In this document: piece by piece, positions 1 through 10,991 of the stretch
How the letters are laid out: every line of letters begins with the position of its first letter
How positions within the stretch are numbered: the first letter of the stretch is position 1
Source: Octopus bimaculoides
Taxonomy: Eukaryota
Assembly: GCF_001194135.2 (NCBI RefSeq)
Contig: NC_068981.1
Coordinates: 196,662,566 to 196,714,461, forward strand
Reading direction: 5' to 3'
Length of the DNA stretch: 51,896 nt
Made by a program: the position numbers and the translations under genes
Notes under the pieces: model-generated
Database searches by the model: none
Told to the model about the DNA's origin: nothing
The model's input: the letters and a program-made list of their open reading frames with translations, nothing else

Positions 1-569
1 CACACCTATACATGCGCACTCGTATATGTATACGTGCATGCACACACATATACACACACGCACTTGAAAATATTTTTTGATAATAGTGAAATCATTTTTG
101 GAGATGTCCTGGAAAAACAGTCAAAAACCGAATGAATTTTTTAAATATTAAATATTTAAATATTTAAAAAAACACTCAGAAATTTTTTTTAATTAATTTA
201 ATGTTTTTATTCACGTAGATTTTTTGATTGTTTTGTATGATTTTTGTTGTTCTTTGTCGCCAAGTCACCCATCATCCCACAGGGTGTATATTACCCAGGA
301 TTTCTAACCGTGACCACTCCTCTTTTGCCTCAATGTAGCCTAGATAAAGTAAACAATGTAAACTGTGAAGAGCAAAGGGAGGAAGGTTCGATTTGAGAGA
401 GTTCCTGCAGAACCAGATCCAAAACACACAACCGATGACCATCACGACTGAATTTCAATTATAGCGTCCTTTAGAGAAGATTATCCAATCTATATTTCTT
501 TACGTTCGGAGTTCAAATTCTGCCGAGATTCAATTTATTATTATTCAGTTTATTCTTCTTATTATTATT

Positions 570-819
570 GAGTGAGAGAGCAGTGCATGTCATCAAAGTG
601 ACACTGGGATGAAATATACGAAGCCCATTATACCCATCATGACTACCCGTCTGATAAGGGTACACCAGGCACATGCATCACAACCATATGTGTGTGACAT
701 GGTGATCTCATATCAAGATAAACAGTGCATGACCTTGCAGGTGGGGCCCAGTTAGAATTTTCTTCAGGTCGAGTAGCCCATCCTGCTCAAAAGGTCCCTG
801 AATAAGGTTTGTTTAAGGA

Positions 820-823
<4 letters not shown>
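570..823 (-). mobile_element. Non-tRNA interspersed repeat 'D', distal half, bounded by (ATT)n
   Basis: The reverse complement of 775-823 matches 15874-15921 with about 2 mismatches. ATT triplets lie on both sides. No ORF or Pol III boxes seen. Strand is relative to the copies at 15571 and 47643. Confidence 0.7.
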
Positions 824-882
<59 letters not shown>

Positions 883-911
883 CATTATTATTATCATTAT
901 TATTATTATTA
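824..911. repeat. (ATT)n microsatellite
   Basis: Direct reading; a second ATT array lies at about 1405-1480. Confidence 0.97.
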
Positions 912-1404
912 CCTTTGCACAGCTTCTAACGCTGGAGATGTATAACAGTGTCAACTGCTCACTACCAGTGAACTAAGGTAACACCTCTTATTTTTCGAGC
1001 TCTTTCCAGAGTATTCCAGCGGTTCCAAGCAGTGCTGTTTTCTGTAAGTGCTCCACCCTTATTGCAGCCCCTATCTGTTCCACATACTTCTCGAGGTTTT
1101 TACTCACTGTTCCCAGGGCTCCGACAATTATTGGTACTACTGCTACCTTTTTCATCGACCACAACTGCTTAACTTCTCTCGACTTTTCTTTCTTCCTTAT
1201 CACATACCTTGTTGTCAGTTGGGCATGCTATATCTATGATCCGGCATAGTTTCTTTTCTTTCTCAATTAAGACTATGCCCGGCTTCCTATACTCTATCTC
1301 ATGGTCGCACTGAATCATAAAATCCCATAGGATCTTTGCGTTATCATTTTCGACGATGCCTTCAGGTTTATGCTCTGTCAAGTCCATACTTGTTGCAAAG
1401 TGTC
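912..1404 (-). mobile_element. 5'-truncated R4/Dong-like non-LTR retrotransposon: RLE domain, C-terminus and 3' UTR
   Basis: The minus-strand ORFs read HKPEGIVENDNAKILWDFMIQCDHEIEYRKPGIVLIEKEKKLCRIIDIACP and VVPIIVGALGTVSKNLEKY...LQKTALLGTAGIL. This fits the RLE pattern ILWD..IQ.D...RxPD...IIDIA.P...GALG...LLGTARIL. (ATT)n lies on both flanks. Confidence 0.88.
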
Positions 1405-1460
<56 letters not shown>

Positions 1461-1739
1461 GTTATTATTATTATTATTATTTTGTTATGTTTATTATTAC
1501 CTTATTTAAAAATTTTTATCACCCCCACATCGACGATAACTTGGTGTTTTTGTTTCAAGTAAGAGAACCATTTTTTACTTACCAACATAGAGTGACTTAA
1601 AGCGGATCACAAAATATAGCTTTCACCACGTGGGATTCCACCTGCATGATCATGCTTGATGTTAAAAACAATACTAACCGCGATACAGGCGTCAGATGTA
1701 CCACACCTCTAAGCCCTTAAAGACGGGTTAAGTTCTCAA

Positions 1740-2245
1740 CTCCCTTTATTTGGACTTTGCATTGAAATCAAGATCTACTTCGGTACTATGAAAAAGCCCG
1801 TAATGGCCCTTTTAACAGTGATATGAAGCCACTAAAAAATATACTGGGACGAAGTCCACACAAATTTAAACAAAACAGCTTCGGCAACAGTTTTCTTTGA
1901 AAAAAAAATTGCTTATGCGATGCTAACCGATTTTCTCAGAACAGCGAGAACCGACCAAAATCTACAAAAATTTAGATCGAAAATAATGCAAGTAAATCGT
2001 TGTTACCATCCTACATTATCAAATATCCTGCGGAATACATTCAACTTAGAAACATTTTCACTTTGTACTTTTTCAAAGCGTCAAGCCATTTTAAAGAAGA
2101 TGAAAGAAAAATCCAACTACTCTTATGAGGAAATTTATCGATGACGTTGCTGAAGTACACCTGGAATCATGTGATGTTAATTACTGGACAATTAACACCT
2201 TCATAAACACGGCTGCTATCGCTTTTAAAGAACACCTGGGAGAAA
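1740..2245 (+). mobile_element. Decayed N-terminal ORF region of a probable R4/Dong-like element
   Basis: The frameshifted translation LLRYYEKARNGPFNSDMKPLK/YWDEVH...WTINTFINTAAIAFKEHLG resembles my recollection of R4/Dong N-termini. No search was run. Confidence 0.45.
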
Positions 2246-2280
2246 ACCGTAGTATACATGATAATAAAATTGATTTAAAA

Positions 2281-2485
2281 TGTTGAAACATGGTTAGTGA
2301 TTTGAGGGGAGGGGTAATTCAATTACAACGACCCTAGTGTTCAACTGGTATTTATTTTATCGATCTCGAAAGGGTGAAAGGCAAAGTCGACTTGGGTGGA
2401 ATTTCAACTCAGAACGTAAAGACGGTCTAAATGCCGCAAACCATTTTTTCCGGCGTGCTAACGTCTCTGCCTGATCCGCCGCCTT
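2281..2485 (-). mobile_element. SINE group B, diverged
   Basis: Reverse complement of the head aaggcggcg...gagttcaaattcc and the body gtcgactttgcctttca; matches the other B copies. Confidence 0.8.
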
Positions 2486-2577
2486 CCGATAGCAAAAAAA
2501 TTACTGAACGGAATCGACCTTGACCGAAAACAAAATATTGGAGTAAACGCTAAAAACCTACGCCGCCATATTCGTAA

Positions 2578-2802
2578 ACCAATAATTGTCGGAGCCCTGG
2601 GACCAGTGAGTAAAAACCTTGAGAAGTACATGAAACAAATAGGGGCTGCAATAAGGGTGGAGCACGAGCAGAAAAACAGCACTGCGTGGAACCGCTCGAA
2701 TACTCCGATGGTGCTCGAAAAATAAGGGGTGTTAACTTAGTTCACTGGTAGTGAACAGCTGACACTGTAATACATCTCCAGCATTAGAAGCTGTGCAAAG
2801 GC
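2578..2802 (+). mobile_element. 3' end of the same R4/Dong-like family as 912-1404
   Basis: Highly similar to the reverse complement of 912-1137 (PIIVGALGPVSKNLEKYMKQIGAAIRVEH). Ends gctgtgcaaaggc followed by (AAT)n. Confidence 0.88.
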
Positions 2803-2829
2803 AATAATAATAATAATAATAATAATAAT

Positions 2830-3041
2830 CCTTTCTACTAAAGGCACAAGGCCTGAAATGTTGGGGGAGAGGGGTAGTCGGTTATATCTACCCGAGTGTT
2901 TCACTACTGCTTAATATATCGACCCGAAAGGCTAAAAGACAAAGTCGACCTCGGCGGAATTTGAACTCAGAACGTAAAAGCAGACGAAATACCACTAAGC
3001 ATTTTTGTCCGGCGTGCTAACGATTCTGCCAGCTCACCACC
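2830..3041 (-). mobile_element. SINE group B
   Basis: tRNA-like A and B boxes on the minus strand, conserved body, tail abutting (AAT)n. Confidence 0.88.
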
Positions 3042-3060
3042 AAGAATAATAGTAATAATA

Positions 3061-3283
3061 TTATTTTCTACTCTAGGCACAAGGCCCGAAATTTGTAGAG
3101 AGGTGGGGAGCCAGTCGATTAGATCGACCCCTGTACGCAACTGGTACTTAATTCATCGACCCCGAAAGGATGAAAGGCAAAGTCGACCTTGGCGGAATTT
3201 GAACTCAGTACGACGTAAAGACAGACGAAATACCGCGAAGCATTTCGCCAGCCGTGCTAACGTTTCTACCAGCTCACCGCCTT
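3061..3283 (-). mobile_element. SINE group B, tail type 1
   Basis: Full head, body and tail (ggcacaaggcccgaaattt on the plus strand). AAT triplets lie on both sides. Confidence 0.9.
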
Positions 3284-3299
3284 AATAATAATAATAATG

Positions 3300-3330
<31 letters not shown>

Positions 3331-3436
3331 TCAATACAGTAAACATAAGAGCATCACAGCAAACCACAGCACATACCCAAGGCGCACAGAGCTGCGCTCG
3401 GTAGTGAAGTGAAAGCACGCTATAAAAATTAAACTA

Positions 3437-3440
<4 letters not shown>
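3331..3440 (+). mobile_element. Probable 3' UTR remnant of a non-LTR element embedded in (AAT)n
   Basis: A 110-bp non-simple block ending tataaaaattaaactactg, between two AAT arrays. Single copy here, so the call is an inference. Confidence 0.4.
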
Positions 3441-3508
<68 letters not shown>

Positions 3509-3634
3509 CGAACATTTGGTGATGGTGAGGGGGTTACTCAATACCGAGAGTCAAGTTTATTGTGAGGTTTCAATTGACTGGGACTTCGAAACTTTTGACG
3601 AAACTTGAAGCAATTGCCAACTTCAGTTATTGTA

Positions 3635-3699
<65 letters not shown>

Positions 3700-3824
3700 G
3701 AGTAGAGACAGATAGACAGACAGAGACATAGCAAGAGAGATAAATAACACACACATACATACATGCATACGTGTGTGTGTGTGCGTGTGTATGTGTGTGT
3801 GTGTGTGTGTATGTGTGTGTGCGC

Positions 3825-3861
<37 letters not shown>

Positions 3862-4796
3862 GCACATACATATTTGTGTGGAAGAATGTATTTACGCGGA
3901 AATATTTGTGTGTGTGTGTGCATGTGTATATGATCATTTCCTCGTGTGTGCATCAATGAAATGTGTGTAGAATGGTTTGTGTGTGTGTGTGTGTGTGTAT
4001 GTGTGTGTGTGTGTGTGTGTGTGTTCCGTTCTGGAGTTGGTTGTTTGAAGACAGGAAAGAAACGGCAGGGAACGATCTGAAGAATCAGAAAAACTTGGGA
4101 GAAAATGCAAAGAGATTCGGTTTTGATAGAATTTTGGCGAGATTAGAGAAATGGTAAACAGGAAGAGAGGAATGGAATGGAGAAATAGAAAACGTGGATA
4201 AAAGGAAAAATAGGAAGAATTTAGCTATTTTTTTTGTTGTTGTTTCTCATGTAAATAAATAAACATTAACACACCCACACACTCTTACACCACATGCACA
4301 CACTCACGCAGCCATACACACACACTCACATTATGTACAGATAAATGTATGCATATATACACATATACGTGCACCCACAAATTTACATACTCACACACAT
4401 ACACACCGCATACACACACATATGCATGTGTGCATATGTATGTGTGTATATATATATATGTACGTATATGTATGTGTATGTGTATATAAATATATATATA
4501 TATATATATACGAGGCACCACACACCGTCATACTCTATAGCCTCAGATTCGAATCAATGGACAAATTCTACCTGTAATTGACTGCTTTTCATTGTCTTTT
4601 TTTCTTCTTTTATTCTACGTACATTTCTCCCCCCCCCCCTCTCTCTCTCACTCTCTCTCCCTCTCTCTCTCTCTCTTTCACTCTGTCTTTCTCCCTCACT
4701 TCTTTTCCTCTCCCCACCCATCTGTCTATCAATTTTTCTGTCAATCTTTCTCTGTCTCCATCTGGCTTTCTTCCTTTCTTTCTTTCTCTTTCTTTA

Positions 4797-4896
<100 letters not shown>

Positions 4897-5214
4897 TGTA
4901 TATACAAACATGTACATGTATGTATTTACATATGTATATATAATTCCAAACGAGAAAAATGGTGTGAGCATGTCTTTTTATTACATCAATTTACAATTGT
5001 TTCATCTGAACTCCATCTCATCAATCTTTCCATATTACGCAATAATATACGCAGCTATAGAGAGGATTCTTCAAGTGCCTTTGAAATGACACGTCACATG
5101 CCGATTCAGACTCACCAGAAGTGTGTATTAAATTCATGTGTGTATATTTGCGTGAGCGAGAGTGAAAGAGACACACTTCTTCGTTTGCATACCAATAAAA
5201 TATGTGTAACGGTA

Positions 5215-5740
5215 TAGTGCGTGTGTGTGTGTGCTTGTGCGCGTGCGTGTGTATGTGTTTGTATGTGTGTGGCTGCATGCGTGTGTGTGTACGTGCGTGT
5301 CTGTGGGCATGTGTGTGTGTGTACGTGTGTGTGTGCACATGTGTGTGTGTATGTGTGTGCGCGCGTGTGCGCGTATGTGTGTCTGTTTATGTGTGTCTGC
5401 ACGTGTGTGTACGTGTCTGTGTCTGTGTGTATGTGTGTGTGCACGTATCTCTATGTCTGTATCTGTGCGTGCGCGCGCGTGTGTGTGTCAGTTTGTGTGT
5501 GAACGTGCGGGCGTGTGTCCGTGAGTGTGTGTGTGCGCGCGTGTGCGTGTGTGTATGTGTGTCTATGTGTGTGTGTATGCGCGCGCGCGTGAATGTATGT
5601 GCATGTGTGCGCGCGCGTTTGTGTACATGCATGTGTGTGTGCGTATGTATGTATGTGCGCGCGTGTGTGTATATGTGTGCGCATGCGCACGTGTATGTGT
5701 ATGTGCGTGTGTGTGTGCGTGTGTGTATGTGTGTGTGTGG
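5215..5740. repeat. Degenerate (TG)n/(CG) dinucleotide array
   Basis: Direct reading; the source of the spurious Cys-Val and His-Thr ORFs. Confidence 0.95.
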
Positions 5741-5821
5741 TAATTCTGATTAGTTCGATTCAGTGTGAAACATTTGAATGGCAGCTGATGAATCAATAAT
5801 TGCGTTTATTGATTTCAAATG

Positions 5822-5996
5822 TTTTCACAAGGCCAGCAAACTTCGATTGAGAGATTTAGTCGTTTACATTGATCCCCTGAGTTTCACTGGTACTTATTTT
5901 ACCGACCAGGGAAGCATGGAAGGCAAAGTCGACCTCGGCGGAATTTGAACTCAGAACGTTAAGGCAGACGAAATACCGCTGAGCATTTCGCCCGCC
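5822..5996 (-). mobile_element. SINE group B lacking its 5' head
   Basis: Body ggcaaagtcgacctcggcggaatttgaactcagaacg is present; similarity stops at catttcgcccgcc. Confidence 0.85.
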
Positions 5997-6655
5997 TGGG
6001 GGATAGTGGGCCCAGACTCTTAAATGTAAAAGTGACGCTGGCGGCCATTTTGACCCTGTGGAGCCCATCGGCCGCGGACAAATTAGTCATGGCTGGCTGC
6101 AGGTATCCGGTGATACTTGAGAGNNNNNNNNNNNNNNNNNNNNNNNNNNNNNNNNNNNNNNNNNNNNNNNNNNNNNNNNNNNNNNNNNNNNNNNNNNNNN
6201 NNNNNNNNNNNNNNNNNNNNNNNNNNNNNNNNNNNNNNNNNNNNNNNNNNNNNNNNNNNNNNNNNNNNNNNNNNNNNNNNNNNNNNNNNNNNNNNNNNNN
6301 NNNNNNNNNNNNNNNNNNNNNNNNNNNNNNNNNNNNNNNNNNNNNNNNNNNNNNNNNNNNNNNNNNNNNNNNNNNNNNNNNNNNNNNNNNNNNNNNNNNN
6401 NNNNNNNNNNNNNNNNNNNNNNNNNNNNNNNNNNNNNNNNNNNNNNNNNNNNNNNNNNNNNNNNNNNNNNNNNNNNNNNNATATTGATTAAAAAAAAGAA
6501 AAAGAAAATATGTTTTCGAGAAAAACTCAATCGGCGGGCGTTGGGTTTCGTCTCTCATTTATTCATTTTATGTCATTTCATTTTCATTCATTAATGTGTT
6601 GTCCAGCCCGCAGCTACTCTGTATACTGCCTTTATGGCAAATAAAATGAAATAAA
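5997..6655 (+). other. Unclassified gap-spanning insertion with a LINE-like 3' end
   Basis: GC-rich left part, N-gap at 6124-6480, and a right part ending gcctttatggcaaataaaatgaaataaa. It separates two head-truncated SINEs. Confidence 0.35.
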
Positions 6656-7033
6656 GTAGCTCGCTTACCAACTACATGGTTCCGGGTTCAGTCCCACTGC
6701 GTGGCACTTTGGGCAAGCGTCTTATACTATAGCCTCGGGCCGACCAAAGCCTTGTGAGTGGATTTGGTAGACGGAAACTGAAAGAAGTCCATCGTATATA
6801 TGTGTGTATATATCTGTGAGTGCGTATATGATTGTATGTCTGTGCTAGTGGCCCTACAATCACTTGACAACCGATGCTGGTGTGTTTACGTCCTCGTAAC
6901 CAGGCGGTTCGGCAAAAGGCACGGATAGAATAACTACTAGGCTTACAAAGAATAAGTTCTAGGGTCGATTTGTTCGACTAAATTTTGTGGTGCTCCAGCA
7001 TGGCCGCAGTCAAATGACTGAAACAAGTGAAAG
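6654..7033 (+). mobile_element. SINE group A (tRNA head, CORE-like block, internal microsatellite, 3' body), about 20 nt missing at the 5' end
   Basis: ggttccgggttcagtccc (B box), gtggcactttgggcaagcgtctt (CORE-like) and the 3' end gctccagcatggccgcagtcaaatgactgaaacaag are shared with at least 10 copies. Confidence 0.9.
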
Positions 7034-7213
7034 TATATATATATGTCGGCCTGTTTCTCTGTCTCTCTCTCTTTCTGTCTCTCACTTTCTCTCTCTCTTT
7101 CTCTTTCTCTGTCTCTCTCTTTCTCTTTCTTTCTCTCTCTCACTTTTCTTTTCTCTTTCTCTTTCTCTTTCTCTCTCTCTCGCTCTCTCTCTCTCTTTTA
7201 CATACATACATAC

Positions 7214-7805
7214 GAAGCCATAACCACGCGTAATAAAAAGGAGTACTGGTGGAATAAATATCCCAGTGAAGACCTCAATAAAATGTAAGCACAACAGACC
7301 TGATATAATGATTTGGGACAGAGAAGAGAAACTGTGCACAGTTGTGGAAATTAGCTGCCCAGCAGATGCTAACATAACACTAAAGTTCAGGTTTATACCT
7401 GGGATATGTAACACACTGCCTAAATACCGATCTTGAGAAATTAGGCTTCTCAAAACCAGAAAGTAGAAAGCTCAAATCCAGTCTACAAATCCAGTCCATC
7501 ACTGGAACTGTAAAGATCTGTAAAACTTTCCAGAAGTCTATCATTTAAATATATATGAGCATGTCTAGATATGCAACTATATGCATGAGAATAAATAGAT
7601 AAAACAAAACATACAAATCTGCACACATATACATATATACGTACATACATACATACATACATACATACATACATACGTACGTACGTACATACATACATAC
7701 ATACCTTGTTGTTGATGTTGAAATTCCAATGAAGGAGCCTTGGATCTAGGTTAGAAACCGGCTCTTTCTCCATTGGCAAGAAATCTTGAAATAAAACTGA
7801 ACAAT

Positions 7806-7806
<1 letters not shown>
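7214..7806 (+). mobile_element. 5'-truncated RLE-type non-LTR retrotransposon, (TACA)n-associated family
   Basis: Translates, with frameshifts and an apparent deletion, as KEYWWNK...IKCKHNRPDIMIWDREEKLCTVVEISCPAD...LQIQSITGTVKICKTF*. catacatacatac precedes it. The 3' UTR contains (TACA)n and a block of about 105 bp shared with the 9960 copy. Confidence 0.85.
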
Positions 7807-7838
<32 letters not shown>

Positions 7839-8199
7839 ATATGAGTACACAAGTTTGCGTATGTGTGTATAAATATATAGCAATGTCTTTTTTAATGATA
7901 AACTCCGGAATTTCTACACAATTCAGAGCCAGCACTGAAGTTACAACATTTCGTATACGAATATATCTTTTCAAACAATGTGATCGAAAATGAAAAGTAG
8001 TTAATGGGTGTATATGCGTATTTTAGGAGTTATTGCTCTCTTATCAGCACCACATTCGACCCTTCAACTACCCACGATCACATTGCTTAAAAACGTTATG
8101 CAGAGTAACACAACTGCATAGAACAACTTACATATTAAACACATTTCTTGATATTTAACATGTAAATATGTACGTATTATTATTGTTATATCGCTATAG

Positions 8200-8585
8200 T
8201 GTTGTTGTTGCTACAAACAGCATATTGTTCTTGTCGTTATGTCACTGTTATTGTTGTTACATATAATATTTTGTTGTTGGTCTCACAAGTGTCATTATTC
8301 CGGGAGGAGGGAAGAAGCAGGGTTTTGTTGTTGTTGCTATTTCCAAGTTGATGTTACCGTTGTTGTTGCTATTGTTGTTGTTATTGTTGTTGTTGTTTAC
8401 CATTGCTTTTGCTTTTTTTTTACTACTGTTGTTTATGTTTTCATTGTCTTTACTGAATGTGTTGCTATTGTTGTCTTACGTTTATTATTATCATTCTTAT
8501 TGGCATTGTTGTTGCTGATAACAATACTAGAATAGTTATTGTTGTTTCTTGTCATTGTTTTTGTCATTGTTTTTGTCAGTTGCAA

Positions 8586-8632
<47 letters not shown>

Positions 8633-8645
8633 GCACTTAGTAGTA

Positions 8646-8715
<70 letters not shown>

Positions 8716-8770
8716 TAGTAGTAGTAGTAGTAGTTGTTGTTGTTGTTGTTGTTGTTGATGTTGTGGTTAT
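8200..8770. repeat. Compound (GTT)/(ATT)/(AGT) trinucleotide array
   Basis: Direct reading. Confidence 0.9.
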
Positions 8771-8795
8771 TGTCTTTCATCTTACTTTCTAACTT

Positions 8796-8861
8796 CCGCC
8801 ATTATTTACTCAGCTGTGTGACTGAAGCATACAAGCGATGACGTCAGAGTTGTAATGGCGG
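8796..8861. promoter_or_regulatory. Candidate cis-element: inverted YY1-like motifs around a CRE palindrome
   Basis: ccgccatta 8796-8804, cagctg 8811-8816, tgacgtca 8839-8846, taatggcgg 8853-8861. Motif evidence only. Confidence 0.3.
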
Positions 8862-9038
8862 TTTCCAGCCGTTATCTCACTTGAATGTCTTGTCTGTGAA
8901 GACATCAATAGATACACACATCCGCGCACGCGCATACCTTAACACAAACACAGACACACACACATATACATGTGCATATGTAAGTATATTTACATATATA
9001 AACATATATATATAGATATATACATACATTTATATACG

Positions 9039-9079
<41 letters not shown>

Positions 9080-9414
9080 TACAGACACAATTTCATTTTA
9101 CGTATCTATCTGAGTATATATATATNNNNNNNNNNNNNNNNNNNNNNNNNNNNNNNNNNNNNNNNNNNNNNNNNNNNNNNNNNNNNNNNNNNNNNNNNNN
9201 NNNNNNNNNNNNNNNNNNNNNNNNNNNNNNNNNNNNNNNNNNNNNNNNNNNNNNNNNNNNNNNNNNNNNNNNNNNNNNNNNNNNNNNNNNNNNNNNNNNN
9301 NNNNNNNNNNNNNNNNNNNNNNNNNNNNNNNNNNNNNNNNNNNNNNNNNNNNNNNNNNNNNNNNNNNNNNNNNNNNNNNNNNNNNNNNNNNNNNNNNNNN
9401 NNNNNNNNNNNNNN

Positions 9415-9453
<39 letters not shown>

Positions 9454-9959
9454 TATACATGCATACATATATATGTCGTTCTAACATTCACGTGCCCACA
9501 TCCGTATACACTCTCTCTGTTTCTCTCGAAGTCGTTTTTACCTCTCTTTCATCATATTTCACTCACTCTCTCTCTCTCTCTCTCTCCCTCTTCCTCTCTC
9601 TTCCTCCTCTCTCTTTCTCTATCCATATATCTATCTATCAGTCCGTGTCACTGATTCCAGGATTTTCCCACTCATTTTCACACATACACACACACAGAAG
9701 CAGTTTCTATCTGCCTATCTGACTCCTTCATATGTGTGTGTTTGCGCGTGTGTGTGTTTGCGCGTGTGTGTGTTTGCGCGTGTGTATGTTTGCGCGTGTG
9801 TGNNNNNNNNNNGTGTGTGTGTTTGCGCGTGTGTGTGTTTGCGCGTGTGTATGTTTGCGCGTGTGTGTGTGTGATTGTGTGTCCTTGTGTGTGTGTGCGT
9901 GTGTTTACATACATACATACACATACATACATACAGACAGACAGACAGATAAACATGCA

Positions 9960-10340
9960 TGATTCGAAGACTACAGATCCAATCCATCACTGGAACTGTA
10001 AAAATCTGTGAAACTTTCTAGAAGTTCATCATTTAAATATATATGAGCATGTCTAGATATGTAACTATATGCATAAGAATATATACTTAAAATAAAAAAA
10101 TAGAAATCTGCACATACATAAATGCATACATACATACAATCATGCATACATACAATCATACATACATACATACATACATACATACATACAATCATACATA
10201 CATACATACATACATACATACATACATGCGAAAATCCCTGTTGTTGGTGTAGCGATTCCAATAAAGGAGCTTTGGATCTAGGTTAGAAACCGGTTCATCC
10301 TTTATTGGCAAAATACCTTGAAATGAAACTTAATAATGAC
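9960..10340 (+). mobile_element. Second copy of the (TACA)n-associated RLE family (C-terminus and 3' UTR)
   Basis: IRRLQIQSITGTVKICETF; the 3' UTR tatatatgagcatgtctagatatg and the block ttggatctaggttagaaaccgg match 7480-7806. Confidence 0.85.
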
Positions 10341-10770
10341 ATACAGACATACATACGTGCGTACGTACATACATACATACATACATACATATATACATGC
10401 ACGCATACATACATATATATATACACATACATACACACCACCCACTCCAAAACGAGTATATCCAACGATAGATATAAACACCATTCGGAGGAAGTGTGTA
10501 TGGCTTGGTAGCATGTACCATGCTTTCGCTAAGTGTTTTAGGTGCCTGTGTAGTCACGAGCAGGCACAGGTACTTCCTTCGCTCGCTTTCTCCTTCTTCC
10601 ACCCTAGACCCTATGGAACACTGACAGTGTGACATCAAAAGGAAAAAAGAGAGAAGCTGCACTCGATGAGGGCTTGACCGAAAAGGAAAATGTCGGTTTC
10701 AATCCGTTGAGCCTCGTCCACTAAACAATCTCTTTCACCAAAGCACCAACCGGAACACCGCCTTCTCCAC

Positions 10771-10970
10771 CCTTGCACAAGGCCAGCAATTTCAGGGGCA
10801 GTGGGTCAGGCGATTACATCAATGTCCAGTACTTGACTCATTCTTTATTTTATCTGTCCAGAAAGGATGAAAGGTAAAGTTGACCTTGGAGGGATTTGAG
10901 CTCAGTACGCAAAGAGTCGGAAGAAAAGCCGCAAAGCAATTTTTTGTCCGACGCGCTAACGAGTTTACCG
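10771..10970 (-). mobile_element. SINE group B, diverged
   Basis: gaaaggatgaaaggtaaagttgaccttggagggatttgagctcag matches the B body. Confidence 0.75.
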
Positions 10971-10991
10971 CACATATATACATAGATATAC

